A stretch of 63,786 nucleotides of DNA, the filler included, from Welwitschia mirabilis (Eukaryota): NCBI GenBank assembly GCA_051453625.1. It is 7 parts of one record of this genome, joined end to end, with 100 filler letters (N's around TTAATTAATTAA, not from the genome) between each part and the next. Parts side by side here need not be neighbours in the genome. Positions count along the whole stretch, not along the records: positions 40,732 to 55,685 come from JBOZIK010000001.1; positions 55,786 to 58,366 come from JBOZIK010000001.1; positions 58,467 to 61,864 come from JBOZIK010000001.1; positions 61,965 to 63,786 come from JBOZIK010000001.1; 3 more parts are not named here. One strand, written 5' to 3'. The position numbers and the translations under genes were made by a program. Below are positions 51,302-63,786 of this stretch, piece after piece (position 1 is the stretch's first letter; the number at the start of each line of letters is the position of its first letter). Below the pieces are notes generated by a model. The model was given only the letters and a program-made list of their open reading frames with translations. It searched no databases and was not told where the DNA came from.

Positions 51302-51674
51302 TTTTTATTTTGTATTTTCTATCCTTTGTCATTGATGTCAAAAGAGGAAGAAAAGTATAGTCTTATTGTTACTATTGTGTTAAAGGTACCTTAGTATTTT
51401 GTTGAATCTATTCTTATGTTTGATGTTTTAAAAACTACTTTTGCTTTACCTATATGCTTAGTTGTAGTATTTTTATACAATAATACTCTCATGTCTTATT
51501 CTATTGGTAGTCAGTTCTTTATTTAATACTATAGAAATTATTCATGGCTTATAAAATAATCAACCAGTGTTTTCNNNNNNNNNNNNNNNNNNNNNNNNNN
51601 NNNNNNNNNNNNNNNNNNNNNNNNNNNNNNNNNNNNNNNNNNNNNNNNNNNNNNNNNNNNNNNNNNNNNNNNNN

Positions 51675-53282
51675 TGAAACCTTAGAAAAAGATCTTTTAA
51701 AATAATTCACTAGCATTATAACCACACAATTTGAAATGAGTATTCTGGGTGAAGTTTGCATGTTTCTTAGTCTTCAAATTAAAAAAACAAAATACAAGAC
51801 TTTCATCTCTCAATCCAAATACTTAAGAACTTGATCAAGCAATTTAGACTAGAAAATGTAAAATCAACTAACACACCTAAGTCAACTTCATGTAAGGTCA
51901 GTCTTGATGATCATGGAAAATTTGTGGATCAAAAACTTTATAGAAGCATGATAGGAAGTCTATTGTATTTAATCACAAGTAGACCTGACATAATGTTTAG
52001 TTTCACTATATGTGCAAGATATTAAACTCAACCAAACAAATTGCACCTCTAAGATGTCAAAAGGATTGTAAGATATATAAAAGGAATAAGCGATTACGGG
52101 CCAGGGTATCCTATAAAAACTTCCTTTGAGCTTGCAGGTTTTAGTGATGCAAATTGGACTAGTTGTAAAGATGATTGAAAAAGAACATGTAGATATTATT
52201 TTCTTCTAGGATCATGCTTAGTAGGATGGTAAGTAAGAACCAAAACTCTATCTCCCTTTTCATAGCAGAAGTAGAAGATATAGCAACATGGAGTTACTGT
52301 ATCCATGTTTTATAGATAAAGGAAATGCTTAAATACTTTAGAGTAAATTTTGAATAGGTACCAATTTTTTGTAACAATACTAGTATAACTAATATCTCAA
52401 AAAACCCTATTCAACATTTTCAAACTAAACATATTGAACTAAGACATCATTTCCTTAGAGATCAAGTAGAAAAAGGTAATATTTCCATGAACTTTGTAAG
52501 CACTGATAAACAACTAGCTGATATTTTCATAAAACCCCTAAAATTTGATAACTTTTTTAGACTTCATCGCGAATTAGGGGTTATCTCTCTGTCTTTTAAC
52601 TAAAAGCAAGAAAATCAATCAGATCTTACATTTGGTCAACTAGATCTAAAGAAGTCTAGTCAATTAAATTTTTTTTCCCACCACCTAGAATTTTCCACCT
52701 AAATCAAATCAAGTTAACTGAACTGAAGTATTGATCAAATAAACCTAAAATTATTTCAACATAGGCAATGGACACAATTTTTATCTTAGATTTAACTTGA
52801 TCATCCTCCTTTATAAAATCTTATGCATTCCTACCTTCGTCATTCCTACCTGTCTACCTATCTCTCAGATCTAGCTATCTTCTTCCATTTTATTTATCGT
52901 CATGAAATGTCACATGTTGTCAAAATGACAAAGGATTCCTCCAAAAGAGCTTTTCAAAAGGCACTAGTAAGTAAAGATCCAAGATATTTTTACTCTGAAA
53001 TGTTGAATAAAGCCCTAGACAAGTTCAATGAAAAGTTTGAGAAGAAGCCTGTCTATCAAGAAAGGCCAGTAGCATAAGGGGAACTCAAAGAATTGAGGGA
53101 CGTGGTAAAAGTTATAGATGATTTGGATCTTTCTTACTTTCTTGAGGTTTCTAGGTCAGCGTATCTTTTTCTTACCCAAATATTCTATTGTAATGCTTTT
53201 TTAATGCAGATTCCTCTACCCTTACAACTTTTATTTTGGATAAAATAATTTGAATTATTATAGATATGATAGCCTCCCTCAT
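51675..53282 (+). mobile_element. Second, diverged copy of RT C-terminus, RNase H and start of env-like ORF from a related Sirevirus
   Basis: KLYRSMIGSLLYLITSRPDIMFS, QLADIF and DKFNEKFEKKPVYQERPV parallel ~48950-50620. Confidence 0.9.
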
Positions 53283-55488
53283 AGAAATGCATTTTGTATC
53301 ATTTGTCTTATATATTAATGAATATTATATTTCCCATGAACTATGCTTTCAATTTTTTTATGGCTCTCTTGGAAAAGCATTATGAACGCTTGGTTTTGAT
53401 AAATATGGTACATAATTTTTTTGTGAATCTAAATAGGCATTTTCTAAGGGGGAATTTTCAAATTAATATTTTCAAATAAGAATAGTTTAACATCAATTTC
53501 AAATGGGGATATTCTCAAGTTATAATTTTACCATGTTAATGTCAAATTCACATTTTCTGGTATAGCAAAATATGTTATATTTTTTTGCAGAAAATATTAA
53601 TCCTTGTAGATCAAAAGCAATAAACATCTCTCACTAACTATGCTTGAACTTAAAAAGTTATAAACCATCAAAGGTATCAATCAAATTTCTAAGGAGTCAA
53701 CTATACTTGTACAAAAATTTATAAAATCTTTTCATTAAGGGATTGACTAGATGTTTGAGGGGTCAACCAGGCCTAGGCTAAAAATGTTTTCAACTATTTT
53801 TCATATGGGGTCAATTAGACTAAAATGTGGTCAACTGGACCTGAACTTATGCAATCAACTAGATCCCTAATGGGGTTGACCGGGCTTGGAAATGTGAAGA
53901 ACTCAAGTGGATCAGAAAAAAATGGAGTTGACAAACTTCAACGATGGCACTCAATGGGGTTAACTGGATGTTTCAAGAGGTCGATCGATCGTGGCAGAAA
54001 TGGAATTTCATAGTTTATTTTCTAGTTGTTACCTTCCTCTTTTTGTCTAGTGGAATATCAGATCTACTTGTAAAATCCTAAAATCTATCTCCTATATAAG
54101 CTCAGTCATCAAAATCATGGGGCATGCTTCTTAGCTGACTAAAAATTAAAAAAGAATCTTTTCATTATCAGTTCCTTGGTCTATCAGTTTACACTGTATG
54201 TACTTGGATTTGTGACATTGCTTTCAGATAGTGTTGTACTATCTTTGCCGTACTTCAAATCTGGTAAAGCCTATGCATTATGGCATACTATTGACACCAA
54301 AAAGTATTTTCTATAAAGGTTGAGACTAAGCCTTTAGATGTCTGATTGTAAAAGATTATAAATGAATCTAATATACCTAGAAAGTAAGTAGCAAGGATCC
54401 GAATTAGCCTTGGATAGAAGTTGATTATCGAGAGTGAAGTAGGGAATTATTGAACCACTATAAATCATGTGTCTGACAATATCCATTGGTATTTTTTAGT
54501 TTCAGTTATTTTTCTTTTAAATCATTTTGTTATTTTATATGCACAAATATTTTTTTAGTATTCAATACTTTATGAAGATAGTTTTTATTTAATTTACTTT
54601 TATATCCCATTCATCCCCCTACATCCCTACTCTCTCTAGGGTTTTAGATCTAATAGTTATAACTACCCATGCAAGTAACATATCCTCTTGTTTAGCATTA
54701 ATTAGTTAGCAAAGTTTTATGAAGCTATAATTTTATAAAAGAAGTGAAAATATGACAAAGTTTACTACGTAGGGATTAAATGTTCTCATTTAATGTAAAT
54801 CCCTTAATAATGTTTTCTCTATTAATATCAAATATCGATGTACAATGAAGGGTAATTAGGCTTGACAATCTAGCTAGGATGGTTTACCTTCAAGGAGTAT
54901 GGGTCTAAGATTGCAAGGTAACCAAGCTAGGTTTTTCAAGAACTGCAAAGCACCTAGTTTTTCCTAAACCTTAACTTAGACTCAACTTCAGTTACAAGTT
55001 AAAGATAATACTTATTTATTTTTCTTCTTTTAAATGATTCTCCAACTTAGGATCAAATATAATGCTTATTTCATTTTGTTCTTTTAAATGATTCTCCAAA
55101 TTATTTTTTTAAAAAGTATGTATATTAAACTGGGAAATGTACATCAGGAGGCGAAAACACCCAGGAAGAATAGGAAAACTAGACTGTTCATAAGAGGGAA
55201 GTAATTTACTAGCTGGTAAAGAGAAACTTGAACAATAAACCAACATGTGGGCGAAACCGCCCCTCGATGATGTAGTCACATGAATCTGCCTATCTAGTAA
55301 CACAAACATATGTAGAAAATAGACAATAGGAAACATAGTACTACTAACAGACAGGGGTAAAAATGCCCCTTAAGACTAGAAACTACAAAAAACTCAGAAT
55401 TAGAGTGGAAAAGACATAAAAGGGTAGGATTACAGTCCTCTACATAATGAAAACATATTTCCATGATAATTTTGATGAGAAATCTACC

Positions 55489-55650
55489 CAGATCATCAGA
55501 TAGAATTTCAAATGCTTGATTTATCTCCTTAAATTCTTTAGCACCTGCTAGATTTTTTTCTGGATGGAGGCAGAGAGCTTTCTTTGTGTAGATTGATTTT
55601 ATGACTTAGGGTAGGGCTCTGTGTAAGAGCCCCAATGTGATGAAGGGGCA
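55489..55650 (-). pseudogene. DnaJ J-domain fragment
   Basis: CPFITLG/..VIKSIYTKKALCLHPEKNLAGAKEFKEINQAFEILSDD, a J-domain pattern with HPD changed to HPE. Confidence 0.8.
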
Positions 55651-55785
55651 CCTTTTCAACCCTTGTATAGTTGTCAGCAACACCTNNNNNNNNNNNNNNN
55701 NNNNNNNNNNNNNNNNNNNNNNNNNNNNNTTAATTAATTAANNNNNNNNNNNNNNNNNNNNNNNNNNNNNNNNNNNNNNNNNNNN

Positions 55786-58366
55786 TTATTACATTTATTG
55801 ATGATTTTTCAAGATTATATCATGTTAATTCTTAAAATATAAATCTCAAGATTTGTAATCTTTTAAATTATTTCAAATATGGGCTGAAAGAGAAATGGAT
55901 GTTAAGATTAAATGAGTAAGAACTGATAGAGGAGATGAGTACTTATCAAATGATTTTTAATCTATTTGCAAAATAATAACATTACTTACCAATTGATAAT
56001 AGCTTATACTCCACAAANNNNNNNNNNNNNNNNNNNNNNNNNNNNNNNNNNNNNNNNNNNNNNNNNNNNNNNNNNNNNNNNNNNNNNNNNNNNNNNNNNN
56101 NNNNNNNNNNNNNNNNNNNNNNNNNNNNNNNNNNNNNNNNNNNNNNNNNNNNNNNNNNNNNNNNNNNNNNNNNNNNNNNNNNNNNNNNNNNNNNNNNNNN
56201 NNNNNNNNNNNNNNNNNNNNNNNNNNNNNNNNNNNNNNNNNNNNNNNNNNNNNNNNNNNNNNNNNNNNNNNNNNNNNNNNNNNNNNNNNNNNNNNNNNNN
56301 NNNNNNNNNNNNNNNNNNNNNNNNNNNNNNNNNNNNNNNNNNNNNNNNNNNNNNNNNNNNNNNNNNNNNNNNNNNNNNNNNNNNNNNNNNNNNNNNNNNN
56401 NNNNNNNNNNNNNNNNNNNNNNNNNNNNNNNNNNNNNNNNNNNNNNNNNNNNNNNNNNNNNNNNNNNNNNNNNNNNNNNNNNNNNNNNNNNNNNNNNNNN
56501 NNNNNNNNNNNNNNNNNNNNNNNNNNNNNNNNNNNNNNNNNNNNNNNNNNNNNNNNNNNNNNNNNNNNNNNNNNNNNNNNNNNNNNNNNNNNNNNNNNNN
56601 NNNNNNNNNNNNNNNNNNNNNNNNNNNNNGATAACCTCTTATCATGATTCATCCAACATCATAGGTCATAATGAAGCTCCTAAAAGGATAAGAAATCAGC
56701 AAAATCTTGGTGCAGTCCCAAAAACTAAGGTATGTGATAACATTCTGAAAGATTATTTAGCTTTAAGATGTGAATCTTTAAATCAAGATCCTAATCACTT
56801 TAAGGAAGTCATAAAGTACTTGCATTAGGTTAAGGCAATGGAGGAAGAAATTTTACAAATTGAAGAGAACAAGACATAGGTTCTTGTTCGTAAACCATAA
56901 AGAAAAAATATCATTGGCATAAAATGAATTTATAGGACTAAACATAATTACAATGATACAATTAACAAATATAAATATTGTTTTATTACTCTTGGTTATG
57001 CATAGGAAGCAGGAATNNNNNNNNNNNNNNNNNNNNNNNNNNNNNNNNNNNNNNNNNNNNNNNNNNNNNNNNNNNNNNNNNNNNNNNNNNNNNNNNNNNN
57101 NNNNNNNNNNNNNNNNNNNNNNNNNNNNNNNNNNNNNNNNNNNNNNNNNNNNNNNNNNNNNNNNNNNNNNNNNNNNNNNNNNNNNNNNNNNNNNNNNNNN
57201 NNNNNNNNNNNNNNNNNNNNNNNNNNNNNNNNNNNNNNNNNNNNNNNNNNNNNNNNNNNNNNNNNNNNNNNNNNNNNNNNNNNNNNNNNNNNNNNNNNNN
57301 NNNNNNNNNNNNNNNNNNNNNNNNNNNNNNNNNNNNNNNNNNNNNNNNNNNNNNNNNNNNNNNNNNNNNNNNNNNNNNNNNNNNNNNNNNNNNNNNNNNN
57401 NNNNNNNNNNNNNNNNNNNNNNNNNNNNNNNNNNNNNNNNNNNNNNNNNNNNNNNNNNNNNNNNNNNNNNNNNNNNNNNNNNNNNNNNNNNNNNNNNNNN
57501 NNNNNNNNNNNNNNNNNNNNNNNNNNNNNNNNNNNNNNNNNNNNNNNNTTAACAAATATAAATCTTGTTTTATTACACTTGGTTATGCATAGGAAGTAGG
57601 AATAGATTATGATGAAACTTATTCTCTTGTTTCTTGTCTTGAATCTATAAGAACATTTCTTTCCTATGCTTTCAAAAATTGTATGATTGTTTAGCAAATA
57701 GATGTTAAATCTGCCTTCTTAAATGGGGTTCTTGAAGAAGAGGTGTACATCTTACAACCCCAAGGTTTTGTAAAATAAGGTATAGAAAATCATTNNNNNN
57801 NNNNNNNNNNNNNNNNNNNNNNNNNNNNNNNNNNNNNNNNNNNNNNNNNNNNNNNNNNNNNNNNNNNNNNNNNNNNNNNNNNNNNNNNNNNNNNNNNNNN
57901 NNNNNNNNNNNNNNNNNNNNNNNNNNNNNNNNNNNNNNNNNNNNNTGATCTATGTTGATGATATAATATTTAATGTCATTAATAAAAAGTTGATTGACAA
58001 GTTCAAGAATGATATGACAAGAGAGTTTGAAATGACTAATCTTGGCCAACTCTTTATTATCTTGGAATCTAAATTCAACAAAATCCAAGAGGCACATTCT
58101 TAAATCAAGGTAAATATGATTTTGACATGTTAAAAAAATTTTATATGCATGAATGCAAACCCATCTCTACTCCCTTGACAACTAATCACAAAATTAAAAG
58201 AGACATGAAGGGAAATAAGGTTAATAAGCACACTTATAGATCTATGATTGCTAGCCTAATGTATCTAATTGCAACACGTGCTAATATTCAATATGTAGTT
58301 AGCTTGATGTCTAGATTTATCACTTGTTCTAAAAATCCTCATCTTGATGTTGTTAAAATAATTTTG
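55786..58366 (+). mobile_element. Gapped copia integrase-RT fragments
   Basis: FIDDFSR, RTDRGDEY, DVKSAFLNGVLEEEVY, IYVDDII and YRSMIASLMYLIATR. Confidence 0.9.
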
Positions 58367-59393
58367 NNNNNNNNNNNNNNNNNNNNNNNNNNNNNNNNNN
58401 NNNNNNNNNNTTAATTAATTAANNNNNNNNNNNNNNNNNNNNNNNNNNNNNNNNNNNNNNNNNNNNACAAAGGCCTCACTAACATCGTGCATATTATCAA
58501 AACAGTCCAATCTAAAGGCAGAGGATGATGATGTATACTGCAATACTTTAGAAAGACATTTTACAGTGAACTCTATTCAAACGTCTAGCTATATCTGTTC
58601 TATAAAACCTACCAAAAAAACCTACTATAGAAATGTAAGCATAGCTTGACATAAAAAGTCATGTTATTAAAGATCTTTACTGGAGCATAAAACTATTATT
58701 GTCCTTTCTAGAAATTTCTTGAAATGCAATGGCAAAGATGAGTCCTATGAAAAGAATGCAATACTATTTNNNNNNNNNNNNNNNNNNNNNNNNNNNNNNN
58801 NNNNNNNNNNNNNNNNNNNNNNNNNNNNNNNNNNNNNNNNNNNNNNNNNNNNNNNNNNNNNNNNNNNNNNNNNNNNNNNNNNNNNNNNNNNNNNNNNNNN
58901 NNNNNNNNNNNNNNNNNNNNNNNNNNNNNNNNNNNNNNNNNNNNNNNNNNNNNNNNNNNNNNNNNNNNNNNNNNNNNNNNNNNNNNNNNNNNNNNNNNNN
59001 NNNNNNNNNNNNNNNNNNNNNNNNNNNNNNNNNNNNNNNNNNNNNNNNNNNNNNNNNNNNNNNNNNNNNNNNNNNNNNNNNNNNNNNNNNNNNNNNNNNN
59101 NNNNNNNNNNNNNNNNNNNNNNNNNNNNNNNNNNNNNNNNNNNNNNNNNNNNNNNNNNNNNNNNNNNNNNNNNNNNNNNNNNNNNNNNNNNNNNNNNNNN
59201 NNNNNNNNNNNNNNNNNNNNNNNNNNNNNNNNNNNNNNNNNNNNNNNNNNNNNNNNNNNNNNNNNNNNNNNNNNNNNNNNNNNNNNNNNNNNNNNNNNNN
59301 NNNNNNNNNNNNNNNNNNNNNNNNNNNNNNNNNNNNNNNNNNNNNNNNNNNNNNNNNNNNNNNNNNNNNNNNNNNNNNNNNNNNNNNNNNNNN

Positions 59394-60617
59394 ACTGGTA
59401 TGAGTGGGAGTAAACCCTAATTCTACTTATTTTTAGCCTTAACAAAGGCTACCCTTGATGATCTATGTCATCTAAGAAATTATCACCATATCAAGGACAA
59501 TCATCAATCATAAGGGTAATCAAAAAACCTAAGATTTAAACATGAAAAGAAAACCAAGTTTTATATTAAAAGAGTAACAACATCTGGGTTACAAAATAGC
59601 TAAGCCTCAATGGAGGATACACAACCCTCCACCAAGTGTACATCTTTTTATANNNNNNNNNNNNNNNNNNNNNNNNNNNNNNNNNNNNNNNNNNNNNNNN
59701 NNNNNNNNNNNNNNNNNNNNNNNNNNNNNNNNNNNNNNNNNNNNNNNNNNNNATCACCATATCAAGGACAATTATCAATCATAAGGGTAATCAGAAAACC
59801 TAAGATGTAAACATGAAAAGAAAACCAAGTTTTATATTAAAAGATAACAACATATGGGTTACAAAATAGCTAGGTCTCAATGGAGGATATACAACCCTCC
59901 ACCAAGTGTACATCTTTTTGTAACACACATAGATGGATCTCTCGTCCTTCGACCTCCTCTCATGAGGATTTCTAATCCAATGAAGATGAGAAGGAGAGTT
60001 AAATGGGGACATATTTATAAGAAAATACAGTAGAAAAGGAAAAATAATAGGTGTAGAAAGGCACGCTCATTTACCACTCAAAAATGGACAAACGGTTGCA
60101 AATCACTATTAGAGTCGGTTACATATCAGTGTCGTCTGGGATATTTTCTAGATGACATTAAGGATGACAACTTATTATAAAATATTCTCAAAATGATGAC
60201 TCAGCAGTCCACATCAACAGTCATTGTCCTACCTATAATGCGGATGACAGAGGGGAAGAAGGTCTTCTTTGATTATTTATTTGTAGAAAACTTATTATTT
60301 TTGTCATTAATCCTTATTCAAAGCTCTATGCATCAGAAAGTACCTTTAATACATTAATTTTGGATAAGAATCACACTTTATTGAGGTTTCCTCTTGTATC
60401 TCCAGAATCCTCAGAATTGCGCCTAAACTTATATAAAAGTCCTATAAAACAACTTGTAAAACCCCATTAAATAACCTTAAATTGGCAGTGCAACATAGCC
60501 CATCACTTAGCCTTTGTCATTTCGTGACAAATACTAGGCAAAAAAATTATAATTGGGAGCCAATTTATTTTTTCAAAAGATAAATCTAGAAGTTATAAAA
60601 TAGGCTTATAAAACACA
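59394..60617 (-). repeat. Athila-like 3' LTR (start 60495) with upstream tract
   Basis: Minus-strand TGTTGCACTGCCAATTT preceded by GACAAAGGCTAAGTGATGGGCTA. Internal CCTCCATTGAG motif is shared with the other LTR copies. Confidence 0.75.
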
Positions 60618-62039
60618 NNNNNNNNNNNNNNNNNNNNNNNNNNNNNNNNNNNNNNNNNNNNNNNNNNNNNNNNNNNNNNNNNNNNNNNNNNNNNNNNNNN
60701 NNNNNNNNNNNNNNNNNNNNNNNNNNNNNNNNNNNNNNNNNNNNNNNNNNNNNNNNNNNNNNNNNNNNNNNNNNNNNNNNNNNNNNNNNNNNNNNNNNNN
60801 NNNNNNNNNNNNNNNNNNNNNNNNNNNNNNNNNNNNNNNNNNNNNNNNNNNNNNNNNNNNNNNNNNNNNNNNNNNNNNNNNNNNNNNNNNNNNNNNNNNN
60901 NNNNNNNNNNNNNNNNNNNNNNNNNNNNNNNNNNNNNNNNNNNNNNNNNNNNNNNNNNNNNNNNNNNNNNNNNNNNNNNNNNNNNNNNNNNNNNNNNNNN
61001 NNNNNNNNNNNNNNNNNNNNNNNNNNNNNNNNNNNNNNNNNNNNNNNNNNNNNNNNNNNNNNNNNNNNNNNNNNNNNNNNNNNNNNNNNNNNNNNNNNNN
61101 NNNNNNNNNNNNNNNNNNNNNNNTGATTATGACGATGCTAGAGAAAAATGCTTTAAACAATGAATGATCAGACCAAAGAGTTTCTTAAAAAAAAAACTCT
61201 CCTACCGACATCTTAAAATAAACATCCAAATCTTAAAAAATGAAATGATCATCTGAAAAATTAAGAGTCGAGGAAACAAGCAATGCCTCTGATGACACTA
61301 GGAATGCCACTAATCCCATAGCCTCAAAAGTTAAATACAACTTTATTATTCATGATGAGGGGAGTGTAACCATAGTCAGAAAAGNNNNNNNNNNNNNNNN
61401 NNNNNNNNNNNNNNNNNNNNNNNNNNNNNNNNNNNNNNNNNNNNNNNNNNNNNNNNNNNNNNNNNNNNNNNNNNNNNNNNNNNNNNNNNNNNNNNNNNNN
61501 NNNNNNNNNNNNNNNNNNNNNNNNNNNNNNNNNNNNNNNNNNNNNNNNNNNNNNNNNNNNNNNNNNNNNNNNNNNNNNNNNNNNNNNNNNNNNNNNNNNN
61601 NNNNNNNNNNNNNNNNNNNNAGGTGAAAGTCATAAGATTAAGATAGAAAATACTACTCTTAAATAATCTAAAACCCTTTCACCATTAAGAAAAACATAAA
61701 AAATAAAGCATCTTCCTTCAATTAAAGTTTATAGAAATGTGAATGTCCTAATATTGGGTGAATCCAATCTTATCACTGAAATGCCCAAGTCAAAAGACTA
61801 GTCACAAAGATAAATACATAAATCATGTTTGAAAGATGATCAAGTAATGCCATAATAATCTTTCNNNNNNNNNNNNNNNNNNNNNNNNNNNNNNNNNNNN
61901 NNNNNNNNTTAATTAATTAANNNNNNNNNNNNNNNNNNNNNNNNNNNNNNNNNNNNNNNNNNNNAACCTTAAATAGGGGTCAATGTTAAAACATAACATT
62001 TACAATATAAATAATATATTTGGCTTCACATATCAACAA

Positions 62040-63550
62040 TGATGACGCCGGCTCCTTCTTTTCCTCTGCAGGTGTCTTGGCTGGGGGTTTTGCTGAAGTA
62101 GAGGGCTAGTACCTCTCATCTTTAGAAAGAGTTGGAGGATCCTTAAAAGCCTCCTGATTTGGAGGGGTCGGATTCTTGCTGGGAGGAATAGAAATGGTAG
62201 CAGGGTCCTCTTCTTTCTCTTAGTCCTTTTGCCCTTGTCTTTGGTTAGATTGGGTCTGAGTCCAAGAGCCTCTCTATTTGCAGCTCTAGCCTTTCTAGTG
62301 AAGATAGAACTCTAGAGGGTTATTATGTCATATATAGGCTATACTGGTTCATTTTCGCTTTGATGGGGAATAGAAGTCACATTCAGTTCTCCCATGGAGT
62401 CTGTGATGTCAAAATAGTATGTCCTTTTCGGCTGGGTAAGAGGAAGCCTGAGACTTAGGTGGGGTCTTCATGATGTCCTGCATGCAGAGGTGATCTTAGC
62501 AAGTCTCTACATCCGGTTTGCCTTTGTGTGCTTCTACCTAATGGTATGATAATATTAATATAGAGTCTCTAGGTCTGTCTACCTCTTGAGTTGCTAGAGG
62601 AACGCCTAAGTAAGCTCATTCCAAGTGCTGATGGAATTGGGGGGTAATTGTAGGTACTAAAGTTGTGCCTTTTTAGATAGAGAAGAAATAGTTGGCAAGT
62701 AATGTCCTTGTGGCAGACGACCAGGAAGTGTAACCCTCTAGTATAGGTAGCAATATGGTCTTTTAGGGCAAGGAAAGAGTAGGGGCTCAAGGTTTGGATA
62801 AATTTACCATGTTTTGGGGGTACAATGTGATACCGTAGAAAATTGAGAGGGTCATTGTCTATGTAGGTTGGTGGGTTGGCTATGGGTGCAGATTTAATAA
62901 TAACAGAGTTAGGGGTGGACAACTGTTGGAAATTAGTAGCCAGAGATGGTGGCGGGATGGGAAAAGACTCCTCGCAGAAAGAGTTATCACATGAAGACGA
63001 GCTCTATGAAAATGGGACGGATTGAAGGGGTTCTTCAACCCCTTTCTCCTTCTATTGCTATCAAGTTCTTGAACATATGTTATAATAGTGAGCAAGGGTA
63101 GTGATTTGCGGCTCTCCATCTAGTGTCAAAGAAGATGTGTTGATGTAAATTTCCTTCCCTAGGGTTGGAAAGTATGACGACATCCACTTTTGAGGGTGAG
63201 GTTTTGGACTTGTTATGGGGGCAGTTAAAAACTAGGTACCCAATGCGATTTTCCCAAAGAAACAAAGAAACTGAGGAACAGAGTTAGAGCATTGGCTAGG
63301 CCTAATAGGTGACATCTCACAGGTGGTGAAGTAGATAAAAGAAAAGAAAAATAAAAGGTAAAAGGGGAAGGGATAGGAGGAGGACTTCCTAAATAAAGTG
63401 GTATCCTCATACTGTTTCAACGTGCCAGGTCAAGGGTATGGAACAACTCTTACGTATGGCCTTAGAAGCTCCAGTCGAATCCCCTCCCAAGGCTATAGTT
63501 GTATGGACGTAGTTCTTGAAAAGAGGGGATGAGAAAGGGTACACCAAGAG
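62040..63550 (-). mobile_element. Possible degenerate LINE ORF1 with N-terminal RRM
   Basis: Long interrupted minus-strand frame. RRM-like SPLFKNY / LELLRPYVRVV / IP......*GYHFI, then a Pro/Lys-rich C-terminal part. No RT visible. Confidence 0.4.
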
Positions 63551-63554
63551 GGTG

Positions 63555-63587
<33 letters not shown>

Positions 63588-63610
63588 GCACACACACACA
63601 CACACACACA
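63555..63610 (+). repeat. Compound (CT)8(CA)~20 microsatellite
   Basis: Direct read. Confidence 0.95.
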
Positions 63611-63786
63611 TATATAAAGGAGATTGCCTTAGGAAAGGTCCTCTTTACTCTTTGTTGTGCCTACATCCAGTAAGTAATAGAGTAATCAGAAAGGAATAGT
63701 ACTCTTTTATTCATACCTCTCTGGAAACACTACTCCTCTCAGAAAGAAGAGGGGTTTTTTTGGTGGGGGAGGGAGGAGGGGGGAGG

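Larger units (their letters stand above)
43990..54655 (+). mobile_element. Sirevirus-type copia element bounded by two LTRs and TSD, degenerate
   Basis: LTRs at 43990-45144 and 53513-54655. PBS remnant ..TATCAGAGC at ~45147-45158. PPT AAATGGGGATAT at 53501-53512. Flanks GTTAC (43985-43989) and GTTAT (54656-54660). Confidence 0.9.

Noticed and set aside
55957-61633. Long ORFs of 180-245 aa in the ORF track
   Set aside because: Composed almost entirely of X from N gaps.

Overview
AT-rich, repeat-dense plant (angiosperm-like) nuclear DNA from a fragmented assembly, with many N gaps and six artificial N44-TTAATTAATTAA-N44 spacers. I found no intact protein-coding gene, tRNA/rRNA or CRISPR. Most of the window is old, mutation-riddled transposons: at least four Sirevirus-type Ty1/copia elements (one bounded by two LTRs and a near-perfect TSD, with an env-like ORF), other copia fragments, several LTRs of one Athila-like Ty3/gypsy family, one CACTA terminus, and a possible RRM-type LINE ORF1. 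The notable signal is host-gene capture. (1) A small non-autonomous LTR element (40.5-42.7 kb; LTR, PBS, PPT, no gag/pol) carries a mosaic of host fragments including HIG1/RCF1-like sequence. (2) A ~2 kb mosaic (21.7-23.7 kb) of calmodulin, RPL10a, VAMP71 and unidentified exons lies downstream of a CACTA terminus, across an assembly spacer. (3) There is an intron-less glutathione peroxidase retrocopy and a J-domain fragment. All protein identities come from manual translation and recalled family motifs, not database searches.
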